DNA from: a virus
Lineage: Duplodnaviria > Caudoviricetes
Length of the DNA stretch: 64,000 nucleotides
Reading direction: 5' to 3' (one strand)
Virus record (IMG/VR): IMGVR_UViG_3300012983_001373
Coordinates: 39,621 to 103,620 of that record
Shown: one piece after another, positions 52,501-61,901 of the stretch
Numbering within the stretch: position 1 is the first letter of the stretch
Layout: each line of letters begins with the position of its first letter
Position numbers and translations under genes: made by a program
Notes under the pieces: generated by a model
What the model was told of the DNA's origin: nothing
The model's input: the letters and a program-made list of their open reading frames with translations, nothing else
The model's database searches: none

Positions 52501-55500
52501 TTGGAACTTTGTGAACCTTAGTTAAATATTTTTTCATAGCTTCAGGTGGAAGAGATTCTCCGTCTCCTAATAAAACTTTACCTTTGATTATATAAGCTCC
52601 TGGGTTTTCATAAGTATGAGTCAATTCGCCTTGGGTAATTGTTCCATCGCCCCAATCTATTCTACCGTTATCTAATAAACAGTCTTTGTTAGGGAATACA
52701 ATTTTTACATTGATAGTATCTGTAGTTAATTCATATACAGCAGTATTTTCATTTTGGAAGTTATTTCCTCCCCATTCAACAGGTATTCTATCTCGTCCTA
52801 CTTCATATTCTGTTAAGAAAATTTCTTCTCCATTGAATTTAGTAATTACTTCACAGCCAGAATAACAATCTTCTGTAACTAAGTCTTTACTTATATATTC
52901 TGTTTCCCAGTTAGTAGTTACGTCTTCTAAAGCAGAACAGTTTTTAAATGCGCTGCTTACGTCTAACACTGTGTCTTTAAATGCTATGTCTTGTTTTGCA
53001 TCAGAGCCTTCAAAACATTGTTTAAAGTTAGTTACTTTAGCAGGTATACGTAATAACTTAGGATTTTCTAAATTAGTACAGTTAGCGAATGTAGATTCCA
53101 TATGAACCAAATTAGGAAGTCTGTCTAATAAGTTATTAATTTTTAATGCATCAACTTTACAGTTTTTAAATACACTACTGATACTTGTTATCTTATCTAA
53201 CATAGCGTCACATTTGATTCCATATTCTCCACTTAAATCAAAACCTTTAAATGAATTATCTAGAGTAGAGCCAACATAGTTAGTTAAGTCGTAAGTACCA
53301 CTCACAGGAACCACGAACTCTTCAGGAGTTTTGTTTTTATTTATTATCGGTATTTCATTTTTCGGAGCTAAATTTAAGTTCTCTGCATGAGTTAAACTTA
53401 ATCCAGTAAAATCACAAGTTTCAAGTATTGCTCCAGATAAATCATATCCTTCCCAATCTTTATCTACTATATGTTCACTAGGTCCAGTTATAATAGATTT
53501 AATTTCATTAGGCATAGGGAAATCTATATTCTTTATAGTTGTAGGAACTAATATACGTTTTAATCCTTGTAATCTTCTAGCGTTTGAAGATATAGTGTTT
53601 ACTCCGAACATTGCACTAAGGTCAACTACAGCGCCTTCTGCAAATGCTATCTTATATTTTTCTGGGTCACTTACATTAAATGTAACTTGAGGTATTTGAG
53701 GAGTATCTGCTATGACGATAGATTGGAATGCACTAACATCATTGATACCAAGCATATCATCAAATCCAACACCTACTAAGTTTTTAAGTGATTGTAATTT
53801 AAGTGTTTTTAATTTATTAAATCCTGAGAATGACATAAACACTAATCTATCCATTGAGTTAGTAATTGCTAAATCTTGTACATATTTAAATGGACTAAAA
53901 TCTATTTCATCATCTTCTTCATATGGATAATGTAATGTTTGGATTTTATTACAGTTTGTTATTTGTACTGTTTGAAGATTTCTACAGTATTCATCTGTAG
54001 CCATATTAGAAGGTAAACCTACACGTTTTAAATGTGTTTGATTTGATATCTGAACAACTTGTGTTGTAGCAGGATAATAAAGTTCTTCTAAGTTCCCTCC
54101 TGATTGCATTGTGTAAATAGCTGTTAAAGATGTGTTATAACAGTTACAGTATCTTAGATATTTACATTCTTGTATGTTAAGAGTAGGTTGCGCCCCAATA
54201 CCTGTACCTAAAGCAGGTGAATTACTTATGTCTATTCTTTGTAATTTAGTACATACAGATAAGTCTGTATTTATTAGATTAGGTGAATGACATTCTATTT
54301 CTGTAAGTCTATCTGCATTAGCGATAAGCATTGTAGTAGGTTCTAGATTAGAAACATCTCCTAGAGATTTTAAATAATGTCCACCATAAACCATTATCTC
54401 TTGGTCAGTTGCTGTTGGCATATTGTATTCAAATCTAACTGTTTCTCCACGTCCAACTCTTTTAACTTGAAGACCTGTGTTATTTGCTTCATCTCTCCAT
54501 TTAACACGAAGATACATAGGGATATATGTTTGTATATCAAGATAAACATGACCTAACTTACTTGAACGTAATGTTATATAATCCGCTGTAGAAACTGTAT
54601 AACCGAATAATGTATCACAATATAATAATCTTTCTCTTAACCATTTTCTTATATGATGTTCTCCACTACCATGAAGAGCATATAGATAAGATGATTCATA
54701 GTTAAGATACTTAGTCTGCATGTCTATGTTATAATATTTAGCAGGTATCTTTTGTATTTGTTCTTCTAATAAGTACTTCATCATATTCTCAACTGTAAAA
54801 TGTTTTTGTCTCATTATTGCATATTGAGCTTCTAGTTCAGCTGCGAATAATTCTCTTACTCTTCTCCATAAAACAGAACCAGTTGTATTAAATACGTGTT
54901 CGTCTCCCATTTCGATATCCATATCAAATTTTAAGAACCCTGTATTGTCTAGTCCTAGTGTTGTATCGGCGTCGTATACTTGTGGATACCATATACGTCC
55001 ATCCCATGTTGCAAGTTTCATATTTTTACCAAGTGAATCGACTGCTCCAACAACATATACATATAAGAAGTATCTTAATAAATATTGTAAGTTGAAATAA
55101 CGAGGCATGTTGTCTTTAAAGTCTTCGTCAGAAGAATCATTTACCCATTCAACTAAACGAATTAATTCTTCCATACTATCGTTTCCTGCTGCTCTAGTTG
55201 GTGGGAATAAGCATTCAAAGTCTGATTTGTAATAATCAAGTTTACTTTTCCCTGATGCTTCTGTCCATTTATAGAATGCACCTGCTGTTGTATCAGAGTT
55301 CGCAGACACTTCGTATACTAAACAAGTTCCAGTATCTTCATAACCATAAGACTTAGTAGAATAACGGTCTAAGTTAAAATTGTAAACACCTTGTAATTGG
55401 TCATTTATATACATTAAACAAGGGAATCCATTTACAGTATTTCTTACATTAGGATTCTTTTGTTGAGCAGGGTTTTTTTCATCATATAAACATTCATTAA

Positions 55501-57625
55501 CGAATTTAGCAAGACCAGCATTACGGCTATGAGTAGATTCCATATAGTCTGCTTTAAAACAGTATACATCTTCTTTAACACCATTAGGGTAAGGAGTATA
55601 TTCAAATGGAGCCATATTTTCATCTTTAAGTCTAGCTGTAAAGTTCTTTAATACATATTGTAATGAAGAAGTACCTTGCCAGTTAACTTGACAATATGGT
55701 AAGTCAAATGATTGTCCATACTTATCTTCGTTTGGAGATGTATATTTGATTCTCATTGTAACTGGTGTTTCAAGAGTCATCTTAGATGTATCTCCGTACA
55801 TTCTAATAACAGGAAGTGTTTTGTTATTGTAGTTAGCATCATTTAACTCTTTTTGTTTATTAAAATCTTTTTCTTGTGATATAAAGTTTTGAAGTATTTC
55901 ATCGTCAGATAAAGTTCTACTATAGATTCTTACATCTTTTATTTCACAAGCACCAAAATTAGTTTGTCCCTTTTTACTATTTAAGAATATTTTTTGTGCG
56001 TGTGAGAAGTCTTCTCTAACAGCTGCAGTCCCTGAACCTTTATCAGATAAGAAGAATGCTCTTGAACAAATACCGTCTATATATATTTTTCCAAATTTAT
56101 TTTTTCTATCTATAACAAAAGATAATGTCATCCAAGTATCAGCGTCTGTACTTACTTTACCTGGTTGAGCTAAAGAACTCATAGTAGATTCTTCTAAATC
56201 TATATAAACTCCTTTATAAGGAGGCTCTATATCAGTGTAATCAAATATTCTTGCGCCTACTATTCCTATATCTATTCCTTTAAATTGAACTTCTATTGTA
56301 GACCCATATATAGCATTATCTTTCCATGGAAAATAATCTATTTCAACATATGAATTTCCATCACATACTAAAGTGTCATCTATCCAACCATTAGTGAAAT
56401 AGTTAAAATTATGTAATGTAGCTTTTACTCCGTTACCGCTATTGTCTATAGGATTTTCTTTATCGCTATCTTGGTTAGTTCTACCTTCAGCACTTAATCT
56501 ATAAACAAGTCCTGATTCAACTATTTGAACTGGAGTATATTCTCCTTCTACAATTGTGAACTCTCCTGATATAACTTGATGTTCTCCTTGATTACTTGTA
56601 ACTTCGATAGCCCATGTATGAGAACCTATAGCAGCAGTACTGATAGTCCAATAATAAGAACCAACACCTGAAACAGCAGTTTTTACTAAATTATTGTCTA
56701 ATAAAAATCTTATATTAAACTGTTCAGTAGATGCTTTAGAAATACGATAGTTAATAGCTACAGGATAACCATATTCAAATTCTCCACCTTGGAAAGTTGT
56801 TGATACATATAATGAGTCAGAGTTTACAACAACTATATTGAATGTATGAACACTAGTTTTATAAGGTCCACTTGTCATATATAAACTAACTTTATGTATC
56901 CCTACTCCTAAGTTTTCAAAAAGATATTCATTTGTACCTGATTTACAAACTACTTCAATTTCGTCATAGTCTATTGTTAAATGCATTATAATATCTTCAT
57001 TAGATGCACTTGTTACTTTGTATTGCATTAGAATCATATCAGTTACAGTGTAGTCAGCTGTACTGTCAAATTCTATTTCTAAATCTAAACCACCACATAC
57101 GATATTCCATATAAGTTGGTTAGATAATAAACCCGCTCTGTCTTTTACATATATAGCAACTTCTGTTTTAAGATTAGTAAGTTTACCTATATTAATTTTG
57201 TTACTCCCTTGTTTCATATTGGGAATACTATCGACTTCTATACCATCTATGATGACATATGCTGTCCCTTCACCAAGATTAGGAGAAGAGAAGAAGATAG
57301 GTATAATTACATCTGTATCTTTTTCAACTATTGTTCCATCTAAGAAAGTTGATGTAATTGTAGGAGCTGCAGTACCACCACCGCCTCCTCCACCATGCTC
57401 TTTAAGCCACTCAATATCTTCACTATGTTGCATTAATGTAGATTTGTGAGTCTTCATTGAATCTGATAATTCCGATAGTTTAGAAGACGCTTCTCTCAAA
57501 GCGCCCTCCACATTATCAGAAGTAAAGTTTCCTTGAAGGTCAGTCAGTTTAATATCTATGGCATCTGTACTACCAAATACTTCCCATTCACCAGTTTCTT
57601 TATTAAACTTTTTAGTTGATGACAT
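49553..57625 (-). CDS. Giant fibre/adhesin: Ig-like, LamG, CotH-like kinase, LRR, PKD-like and DUF285/BspA-type repeats
   Basis: 2690 aa. LamG-like (IYIDG...IKDVRIYSRTLSDDEI). CotH-like FKADYMES, GVYNFNLD, VDSLGKNM and YDADTTLGLDNTG. LRR region. WGDG PKD-like motifs. Many WD(T/V)SxVTNMxxMF 25-aa repeats. Confidence 0.75.
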   Translation of the reverse strand: MSSTKKFNKETGEWEVFGSTDAIDIKLTDLQGNFTSDNVEGALREASSKLSELSDSMKTHKSTLMQHSEDIEWLKEHGGGGGGGTAAPTITSTFLDGTIVEKDTDVIIPIFFSSPNLGEGTAYVIIDGIEVDSIPNMKQGSNKINIGKLTNLKTEVAIYVKDRAGLLSNQLIWNIVCGGLDLEIEFDSTADYTVTDMILMQYKVTSASNEDIIMHLTIDYDEIEVVCKSGTNEYLFENLGVGIHKVSLYMTSGPYKTSVHTFNIVVVNSDSLYVSTTFQGGEFEYGYPVAINYRISKASTEQFNIRFLLDNNLVKTAVSGVGSYYWTISTAAIGSHTWAIEVTSNQGEHQVISGEFTIVEGEYTPVQIVESGLVYRLSAEGRTNQDSDKENPIDNSGNGVKATLHNFNYFTNGWIDDTLVCDGNSYVEIDYFPWKDNAIYGSTIEVQFKGIDIGIVGARIFDYTDIEPPYKGVYIDLEESTMSSLAQPGKVSTDADTWMTLSFVIDRKNKFGKIYIDGICSRAFFLSDKGSGTAAVREDFSHAQKIFLNSKKGQTNFGACEIKDVRIYSRTLSDDEILQNFISQEKDFNKQKELNDANYNNKTLPVIRMYGDTSKMTLETPVTMRIKYTSPNEDKYGQSFDLPYCQVNWQGTSSLQYVLKNFTARLKDENMAPFEYTPYPNGVKEDVYCFKADYMESTHSRNAGLAKFVNECLYDEKNPAQQKNPNVRNTVNGFPCLMYINDQLQGVYNFNLDRYSTKSYGYEDTGTCLVYEVSANSDTTAGAFYKWTEASGKSKLDYYKSDFECLFPPTRAAGNDSMEELIRLVEWVNDSSDEDFKDNMPRYFNLQYLLRYFLYVYVVGAVDSLGKNMKLATWDGRIWYPQVYDADTTLGLDNTGFLKFDMDIEMGDEHVFNTTGSVLWRRVRELFAAELEAQYAIMRQKHFTVENMMKYLLEEQIQKIPAKYYNIDMQTKYLNYESSYLYALHGSGEHHIRKWLRERLLYCDTLFGYTVSTADYITLRSSKLGHVYLDIQTYIPMYLRVKWRDEANNTGLQVKRVGRGETVRFEYNMPTATDQEIMVYGGHYLKSLGDVSNLEPTTMLIANADRLTEIECHSPNLINTDLSVCTKLQRIDISNSPALGTGIGAQPTLNIQECKYLRYCNCYNTSLTAIYTMQSGGNLEELYYPATTQVVQISNQTHLKRVGLPSNMATDEYCRNLQTVQITNCNKIQTLHYPYEEDDEIDFSPFKYVQDLAITNSMDRLVFMSFSGFNKLKTLKLQSLKNLVGVGFDDMLGINDVSAFQSIVIADTPQIPQVTFNVSDPEKYKIAFAEGAVVDLSAMFGVNTISSNARRLQGLKRILVPTTIKNIDFPMPNEIKSIITGPSEHIVDKDWEGYDLSGAILETCDFTGLSLTHAENLNLAPKNEIPIINKNKTPEEFVVPVSGTYDLTNYVGSTLDNSFKGFDLSGEYGIKCDAMLDKITSISSVFKNCKVDALKINNLLDRLPNLVHMESTFANCTNLENPKLLRIPAKVTNFKQCFEGSDAKQDIAFKDTVLDVSSAFKNCSALEDVTTNWETEYISKDLVTEDCYSGCEVITKFNGEEIFLTEYEVGRDRIPVEWGGNNFQNENTAVYELTTDTINVKIVFPNKDCLLDNGRIDWGDGTITQGELTHTYENPGAYIIKGKVLLGDGESLPPEAMKKYLTKVHKVPNTPIDYTNMFSDCKNLEYVDFTCGIPTDLSRTFIDNKKLKTIKFGDLSQCTVFNNTFSGCEVLDTVENFKVHNVCKELGFVFYNCPKLTALSGMNLWDTSGLEFLESTFDGSGITDFTGAENWDLTSCTSIYSVFARTKVKEINLSGWKLNNDEESDIVYSLRNLFYDCQLLQTANVSNLVNSHVINIDNMFYNCIALKNIIGLNTWDTKNVRTVNGLFYSVPMEYFDLSGWDFSNFNNTPNNLWGNTVEKTIVLNNITWGYPKQVNSFLYTSSYYGNSKVKEIIMTDIKEEMTDFSGMFRNCSSLYKDIEFPIWATNVTECFKNCAGMKEIVSNWNKEYTDLGENHIDCYTGVNIDKIDGVKDRVTSIPENWGGLAFKFEDTLEVVIDTLLLESLTVSFTVSNEGAVLWGDGREDDLTVANSLSSGTYLCRHTYDEHGVYTVKLKKPKLNSREGISITKITEIPADYKCDSNARGIRNTYTNNDNVGLNNVTSIDLTNLVGVELETCSKAFYLMYSLTDIIGLEELDFSNVTDMSSMFYGCQVLQSIGMNGWDTSKVVNRDNIFASCDVLTTLDVTDMIIGANLSGLFYGASNVTDIIGLDSLEPVDVTDISKAFYNCSSLSFDAIFAFLSKIDTTKVKSMSKLFNNVNLTDSQVELICDTFVEIPSIDILGCQSRLESLDLLIPIFNKANWSSIDGLNFKELFAGWSSLKDISALESYSTKNVYNMNGMFRGCLELEDISGLANFETENVTDMAYMFYECKKLSNLTPLKNWKTSKVTTMKHMFCVEGESKITTLAGLEDWDVSSVTNMNSMFYAVGGYGYNDSTSKDGSAIKNWDVRNVKDMSYMFGGFRLADYSFFNSWNIASLQSVAFMFAHHWNVESDATRTIDLSAWDVINVDFGYAGIFYNCKWLTDFISFKNINDTLFYIDDCINLSVDSLLSIFNNLVKTFSVKKLFIGEENLAKLSDDQLAIAIEKGWTVQ
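49620..53200 (-). repeat. DUF285/BspA-like ~25-aa leucine-rich surface-protein repeats (coding)
   Basis: Examples: WDTSGLEFLESTF, WDLTSCTSIYSVF, WDTKNVRTVNGLF, FETENVTDMAYMF, WKTSKVTTMKHMF, WDVSSVTNMNSMF, WDVRNVKDMSYMF. Confidence 0.8.
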
Positions 57626-57662
57626 GTCTTCACTCCTTTACTTGTATTTTTAAATCTATTTC

Positions 57663-60029
57663 TTATTTGTGTCTATCTTCAGAATAATTTATAGTATGAG
57701 TATCAAATTGATGTTCAGTTACGCTATCTAAATCTTTACTTATAGTTGCGTCTTTAAATTCATCTACAGATATAACTCCTCTTATTTCATATGAATCTAC
57801 TTTTATTGAATCATAAGTTATTTGTAAATCCATATAAACTGGGTTTTTTGGTAATGCTTGTGCAGCTAACCACCATGGAGAACCATCAGCATTTATATGT
57901 TTTTCATCAGGAACTTTTCCAGTAAGATTTAATGGTTTTTCTTTTCCTGATAATTTAAATCCACATGCTTGATTTAATAAATAAACAGTACCATTTACTA
58001 AGTCTTCTGCTCTATTTACTTCTTCTCCATTTGCTTGTTTTTCTTCTTTTATGTCAAGGTCTTTTGTTCCTGTTATAACAGTTACATAATCATTATAATC
58101 AGGATTTACATTAAAGTCATATCCTGTTCTTATAGATTTACTTCTTGACCAAGCATGATTGTGTCCGCATAAGAATAAGTCTACTTTATGTTTTTCAACT
58201 GGAGCAACCCATCTTTGTAAACGTTTAGTTCTACCAACAGTAAATGGACTTAAGTGAGCGAATACTATAACCCATCTAGGTTGTACTTCTCTTTGCTCAA
58301 CTTCTGTTAAATGTTCATCTAACCAATCAGCTTGAGCTTGTAAGAAAGCTTCTTTTGATGCCCATTGATTATCTCCTGAACCAACATGAGTCATGTCTTC
58401 ATTAGAATTTAAACAAACAAAATGCACATATCCTAAATCAAAAGCGTATACTGAATTAGCGAATTGATTTTCAGCAGTTATATAATAATTGAATGCATCT
58501 GAATATTTTTTATCTATCAAATCGTTATTACCACAAGTTATTACGTGAGGAATATTTCTAGTTATATCTTTAGCATAATCATAATAGTATTGCCATTCAA
58601 ATTTACGATTAGCATTTTGAGATATATCTCCTGTATTTAAATGGAAGTCATATTGATCAGCTTTTTCATTTAAGAATCTAGCTGCTGTTTGCCATACATC
58701 ATATTCTTTTTTAGTCCAAGCTTGTTGGTCAGTAGTCCATAATATTCTTAATTCATCATCTTGTCCATATTCTTTTATTTCAAATGAATATATATCAGAA
58801 GAACATCCATCAGTTCCAACTTGATATTCATATTTTCCTACTTCTAAATCATGGATTATACATCTATGAACTGAAGTATCTCCATCAATATTAGCAAATA
58901 ATTCAGTAGTAGTTTCTTTAGATATCCATTTAACTTCTCCTTCTTTTCTGTATTTAACAAATCCGTTTTCACATAAAGGAGTTTGGAAAGTAAATGTTCT
59001 AGTATGTTCTCCGTCTTCACCGTACATAACATTTATCATAGCAGGAAGAGTTTCTTTTTGTTTTGGTTTGTCATAGAATTCATTCCATCTTCCATCTGCA
59101 ACACATCTAGGACCATATATAGCAACGTTACAAGTTTTATAATCTATTGGTTCACAGTCTGATTTATTGTTTCCTTTTGCAGAAGCATTTGAACCTATAT
59201 TATAATCTGTATCTTTTGCTACGTCTTGACAGTTAGCTATTAATAAACTGTTAGCATAGTCAACTCTATGAACTGCAGTGTTTTCATCCATACAATTTAA
59301 ATATCTTGTTTCATATGCCCATACAGTATCTTCAGAGTTTTTACCTCCTGCTCCTAGTAAGTCAATGTATCTTTCATTTACATAATTAACTACTCCAGAT
59401 ACACCGTCTTTTGTTTGTCTTACAGGATTGTCTTCAGGAGTTTCATCACCTAAACATAAATAAGCAGAGAAACCTTTTTCAGAGAATTGCATATCCCATT
59501 CCATATCGTAATTCATAACATTTAATCTTACGCCTTGAGAATAAGGTGCAGTGTGTTGTCTACCTCTTATAAGGAATGAATGTTTAGCTGGAACTATTCC
59601 TTCAAGAGCTAATGATTGCCATCCGCTTCCTTTTGATCTATACCAAAGATAAACTCCTTTAAGATTTATATCTTTATTATTGAAATTGTATAATTCTATA
59701 AAACCATGAGATACAGGAGTTCCTGTAGTTACATTTCCTCCACCATACATTTGATTTATAACTAATCCAAAATATTCTTTGTTTACTATATTGCTTATAT
59801 CTTTTTCAAATACTTCTGCAGGCACTGCTACTACTTTTCCGTTTTTAACCATAACTCTGTATTTATTATCATCGTCACCAGTTATTTCTACGTAGTCTTC
59901 AGTAAGATTGTCAGCGCCTTTTATATTTTTAACCTTAACCATTTTGTTTTGTCCATCAATGGCAATTGGTATCATTTCTTCACCAGTCAGATTAATAATC
60001 TGAGTTAATTCTGAAATCTTTTTAGACAT
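57663..60029 (-). CDS. Lamin-tail domain + FN3/PAP-N + calcineurin-like metallophosphoesterase (purple acid phosphatase-like) virion-associated protein
   Basis: 788 aa. LTD-like LVINQMYGGG...FIELYN...INLKG. Phosphoesterase motifs TDQQ, TGDISQN, GNND, FAH and GHNH. N-terminal KKISEL module. Confidence 0.75.
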   Translation of the reverse strand: MSKKISELTQIINLTGEEMIPIAIDGQNKMVKVKNIKGADNLTEDYVEITGDDDNKYRVMVKNGKVVAVPAEVFEKDISNIVNKEYFGLVINQMYGGGNVTTGTPVSHGFIELYNFNNKDINLKGVYLWYRSKGSGWQSLALEGIVPAKHSFLIRGRQHTAPYSQGVRLNVMNYDMEWDMQFSEKGFSAYLCLGDETPEDNPVRQTKDGVSGVVNYVNERYIDLLGAGGKNSEDTVWAYETRYLNCMDENTAVHRVDYANSLLIANCQDVAKDTDYNIGSNASAKGNNKSDCEPIDYKTCNVAIYGPRCVADGRWNEFYDKPKQKETLPAMINVMYGEDGEHTRTFTFQTPLCENGFVKYRKEGEVKWISKETTTELFANIDGDTSVHRCIIHDLEVGKYEYQVGTDGCSSDIYSFEIKEYGQDDELRILWTTDQQAWTKKEYDVWQTAARFLNEKADQYDFHLNTGDISQNANRKFEWQYYYDYAKDITRNIPHVITCGNNDLIDKKYSDAFNYYITAENQFANSVYAFDLGYVHFVCLNSNEDMTHVGSGDNQWASKEAFLQAQADWLDEHLTEVEQREVQPRWVIVFAHLSPFTVGRTKRLQRWVAPVEKHKVDLFLCGHNHAWSRSKSIRTGYDFNVNPDYNDYVTVITGTKDLDIKEEKQANGEEVNRAEDLVNGTVYLLNQACGFKLSGKEKPLNLTGKVPDEKHINADGSPWWLAAQALPKNPVYMDLQITYDSIKVDSYEIRGVISVDEFKDATISKDLDSVTEHQFDTHTINYSEDRHK

Positions 60030-60044
60030 TCAAATTCACATCTC

Positions 60045-60683
60045 CTATTCTAATAATAAATTTGTATTATCTTCTAATAAAATATTATTTCCGTTTTCAA
60101 GAAGTAAAGCTTCTTCATTAACAGTTGTTTGGTCTTCTAATTGTAATGGAGTACCGTCTTCTAATAATAAAGAAGTACCATCTTCTAATAATATATCAAA
60201 CTCTTGTTCATCATCATCAGGTGGAAGTATAGGGTCATCTGGAACATCAGGACGACTACCGCCTCCATTGATTTCTAGATATTCAACTCTAGCTTTTAAG
60301 TCTCTAACTTCTTGAGTCAACGCTCTGATAATATCTTTCATCTCAGCTATGATAGTGCTATCAGATTTTGTTATTGTATTAGAACCATCAGTATCAAGCC
60401 ATAATGCATTTGTATCATCTGGCTCTTCAGGTTGCATAACAACATTTCCGCCGCCACCGCCGCCAACTGAGTCTACTTCAAACAGTCTCCATCTTCCTAG
60501 TTTTTCTGTTGGTGTATTAGATGCATCGTATGTATATCGTTTTTTGTTTTCATTACAGAATGTTATAAAACCAGTTGGGACATCATTACAGTTTTTCATT
60601 TGTTCCAGAGTATCAAAACTTTCTCTACTATCTAAGAATTTTTTACCTAAGTATTTAAAGTTATCTATAATATTTAAACTCAT
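60045..60683 (-). CDS. Small fibre/appendage adaptor protein with C-terminal LLE(D/N)G repeats
   Basis: 212 aa. N-terminal IIDNFKYLGKKFLDSR module, Gly linker, coiled coil, then ILLEDGTSLLLEDGTPLQLE...LLLENGNNILLEDNTNLLLE. Confidence 0.6.
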   Translation of the reverse strand: MSLNIIDNFKYLGKKFLDSRESFDTLEQMKNCNDVPTGFITFCNENKKRYTYDASNTPTEKLGRWRLFEVDSVGGGGGGNVVMQPEEPDDTNALWLDTDGSNTITKSDSTIIAEMKDIIRALTQEVRDLKARVEYLEINGGGSRPDVPDDPILPPDDDEQEFDILLEDGTSLLLEDGTPLQLEDQTTVNEEALLLENGNNILLEDNTNLLLE

Positions 60684-60694
60684 ATTATGCCTCC

Positions 60695-61855
60695 TTAACT
60701 GTAAACCTGAATAGCGTTTTCTATTGTCATAGGGTCAGTTAGAGTATAAACACTATATGTTACATTATTGATATCTTCTTCTGTATATGTATATGAATTT
60801 ATATACTCGAAGTTATTAGCATCTTTGATAGATGTAAGTTTACCAAAAGACTTAGGATATTTATAGATTAGTACGTCATTGATACAAGTGATATTATTCC
60901 ATGTAAATGCTTTGGTTGTTTTTATTAGTTTAGTAGAAGCAAGTCCTACGCCATAATAAGATGCACTTACTGCAGTTATTCTTAATTCATATGTCAATGT
61001 ACCTTCCTTGATAGCTGTATCAGGATAAGGAACACCTGTTGTTGTATCTTTAATAGGTCCAGCTGTATATGATATTTCTAATTTAAAAGTAGTAGTTTTA
61101 TTTACTCCGTCTACTGTTATTTGTCTGGTGTTGTCTCCAGAGCTTATTTCAACTCCGTCTCTATATATTTTAACACTGTTAATATTTCCACCATCGTTTT
61201 TATTATATACAGGAGTCAATGTTAATTGAGTAGACGCTCCTAATTCTATAACTGTTTTGTTAGCATTAAGATTTATAGTAGGTGCTTTATAGACAGGAAG
61301 TATATCTTGAGAAGGTGGAAGTTTTTGTAAACTATCTACTGCTTCTTTTAACTTATCTATTTCTAATAAAATAGATGGGACTTTTTCAGCTTGTTCTTCT
61401 ACGCTGTTAAGTGCTATATTCATTAATTCAGTTCTATCTGTTAAATCTTCTACCTTATTATCTGTCTCACCTATAGACACTTCAAGGTCGTCTAATGCAT
61501 TATTCATTCCAAATACAGTGTCATACACATTAGAGAACTCTATTGCTACGACATCTAATCTTTCATCTAAGTCACGTCTTATTTCTTCAAAATTTTCATT
61601 CACATAATCTAGTTGAACATATTGAGTAAGCCATATTTGAATTCTATCAAATATTTCTGCTTTCATATCTTCACGTTTTAAGTAAAGGTCTAAATCAATG
61701 TTTTGTAGTTTTTCTAACTCTTCTTTTGTAAGAAGGAAGTTATCGTGAACTCTAGCTAAAAGCTCGTCTATTATTTTTCCTGAAAAATCGAGGAAATAGC
61801 AATCCCAGATATCACCAGCAACACCGCTTAACGGTTTTCTTTTTGATTCATCCAC
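60695..61855 (-). CDS. Coiled-coil fibre-like virion protein with C-terminal beta domains
   Basis: 386 aa, GTG with AAAGGAG RBS. Long heptad region, then an Ig-like domain and YKYPKSFGKLTSIKDANNF. Confidence 0.6.
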   Translation of the reverse strand: MDESKRKPLSGVAGDIWDCYFLDFSGKIIDELLARVHDNFLLTKEELEKLQNIDLDLYLKREDMKAEIFDRIQIWLTQYVQLDYVNENFEEIRRDLDERLDVVAIEFSNVYDTVFGMNNALDDLEVSIGETDNKVEDLTDRTELMNIALNSVEEQAEKVPSILLEIDKLKEAVDSLQKLPPSQDILPVYKAPTINLNANKTVIELGASTQLTLTPVYNKNDGGNINSVKIYRDGVEISSGDNTRQITVDGVNKTTTFKLEISYTAGPIKDTTTGVPYPDTAIKEGTLTYELRITAVSASYYGVGLASTKLIKTTKAFTWNNITCINDVLIYKYPKSFGKLTSIKDANNFEYINSYTYTEEDINNVTYSVYTLTDPMTIENAIQVYS

Positions 61856-61901
61856 TAGCAGGTCTCCTTTCTTTTATTATAGTAAAACAGTTGTGTATAA
61901 A

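Noticed and set aside
5638-57625. Diversity-generating retroelement targeting the fibre genes
   Set aside because: No reverse transcriptase in the window and no near-identical TR/VR pair seen by eye. The His/Tyr-rich inserts contain Trp, Met and Lys, which cannot arise from AAY codons by adenine mutagenesis. A DGR elsewhere in the genome is not excluded.
2191-60714. All other short plus-strand ORFs and the nested minus-strand ORFs 35528..35797 and 36122..36307
   Set aside because: They lie within or across long, RBS-supported minus-strand genes and have no recognisable motifs or RBS. Such ORFs are expected by chance.
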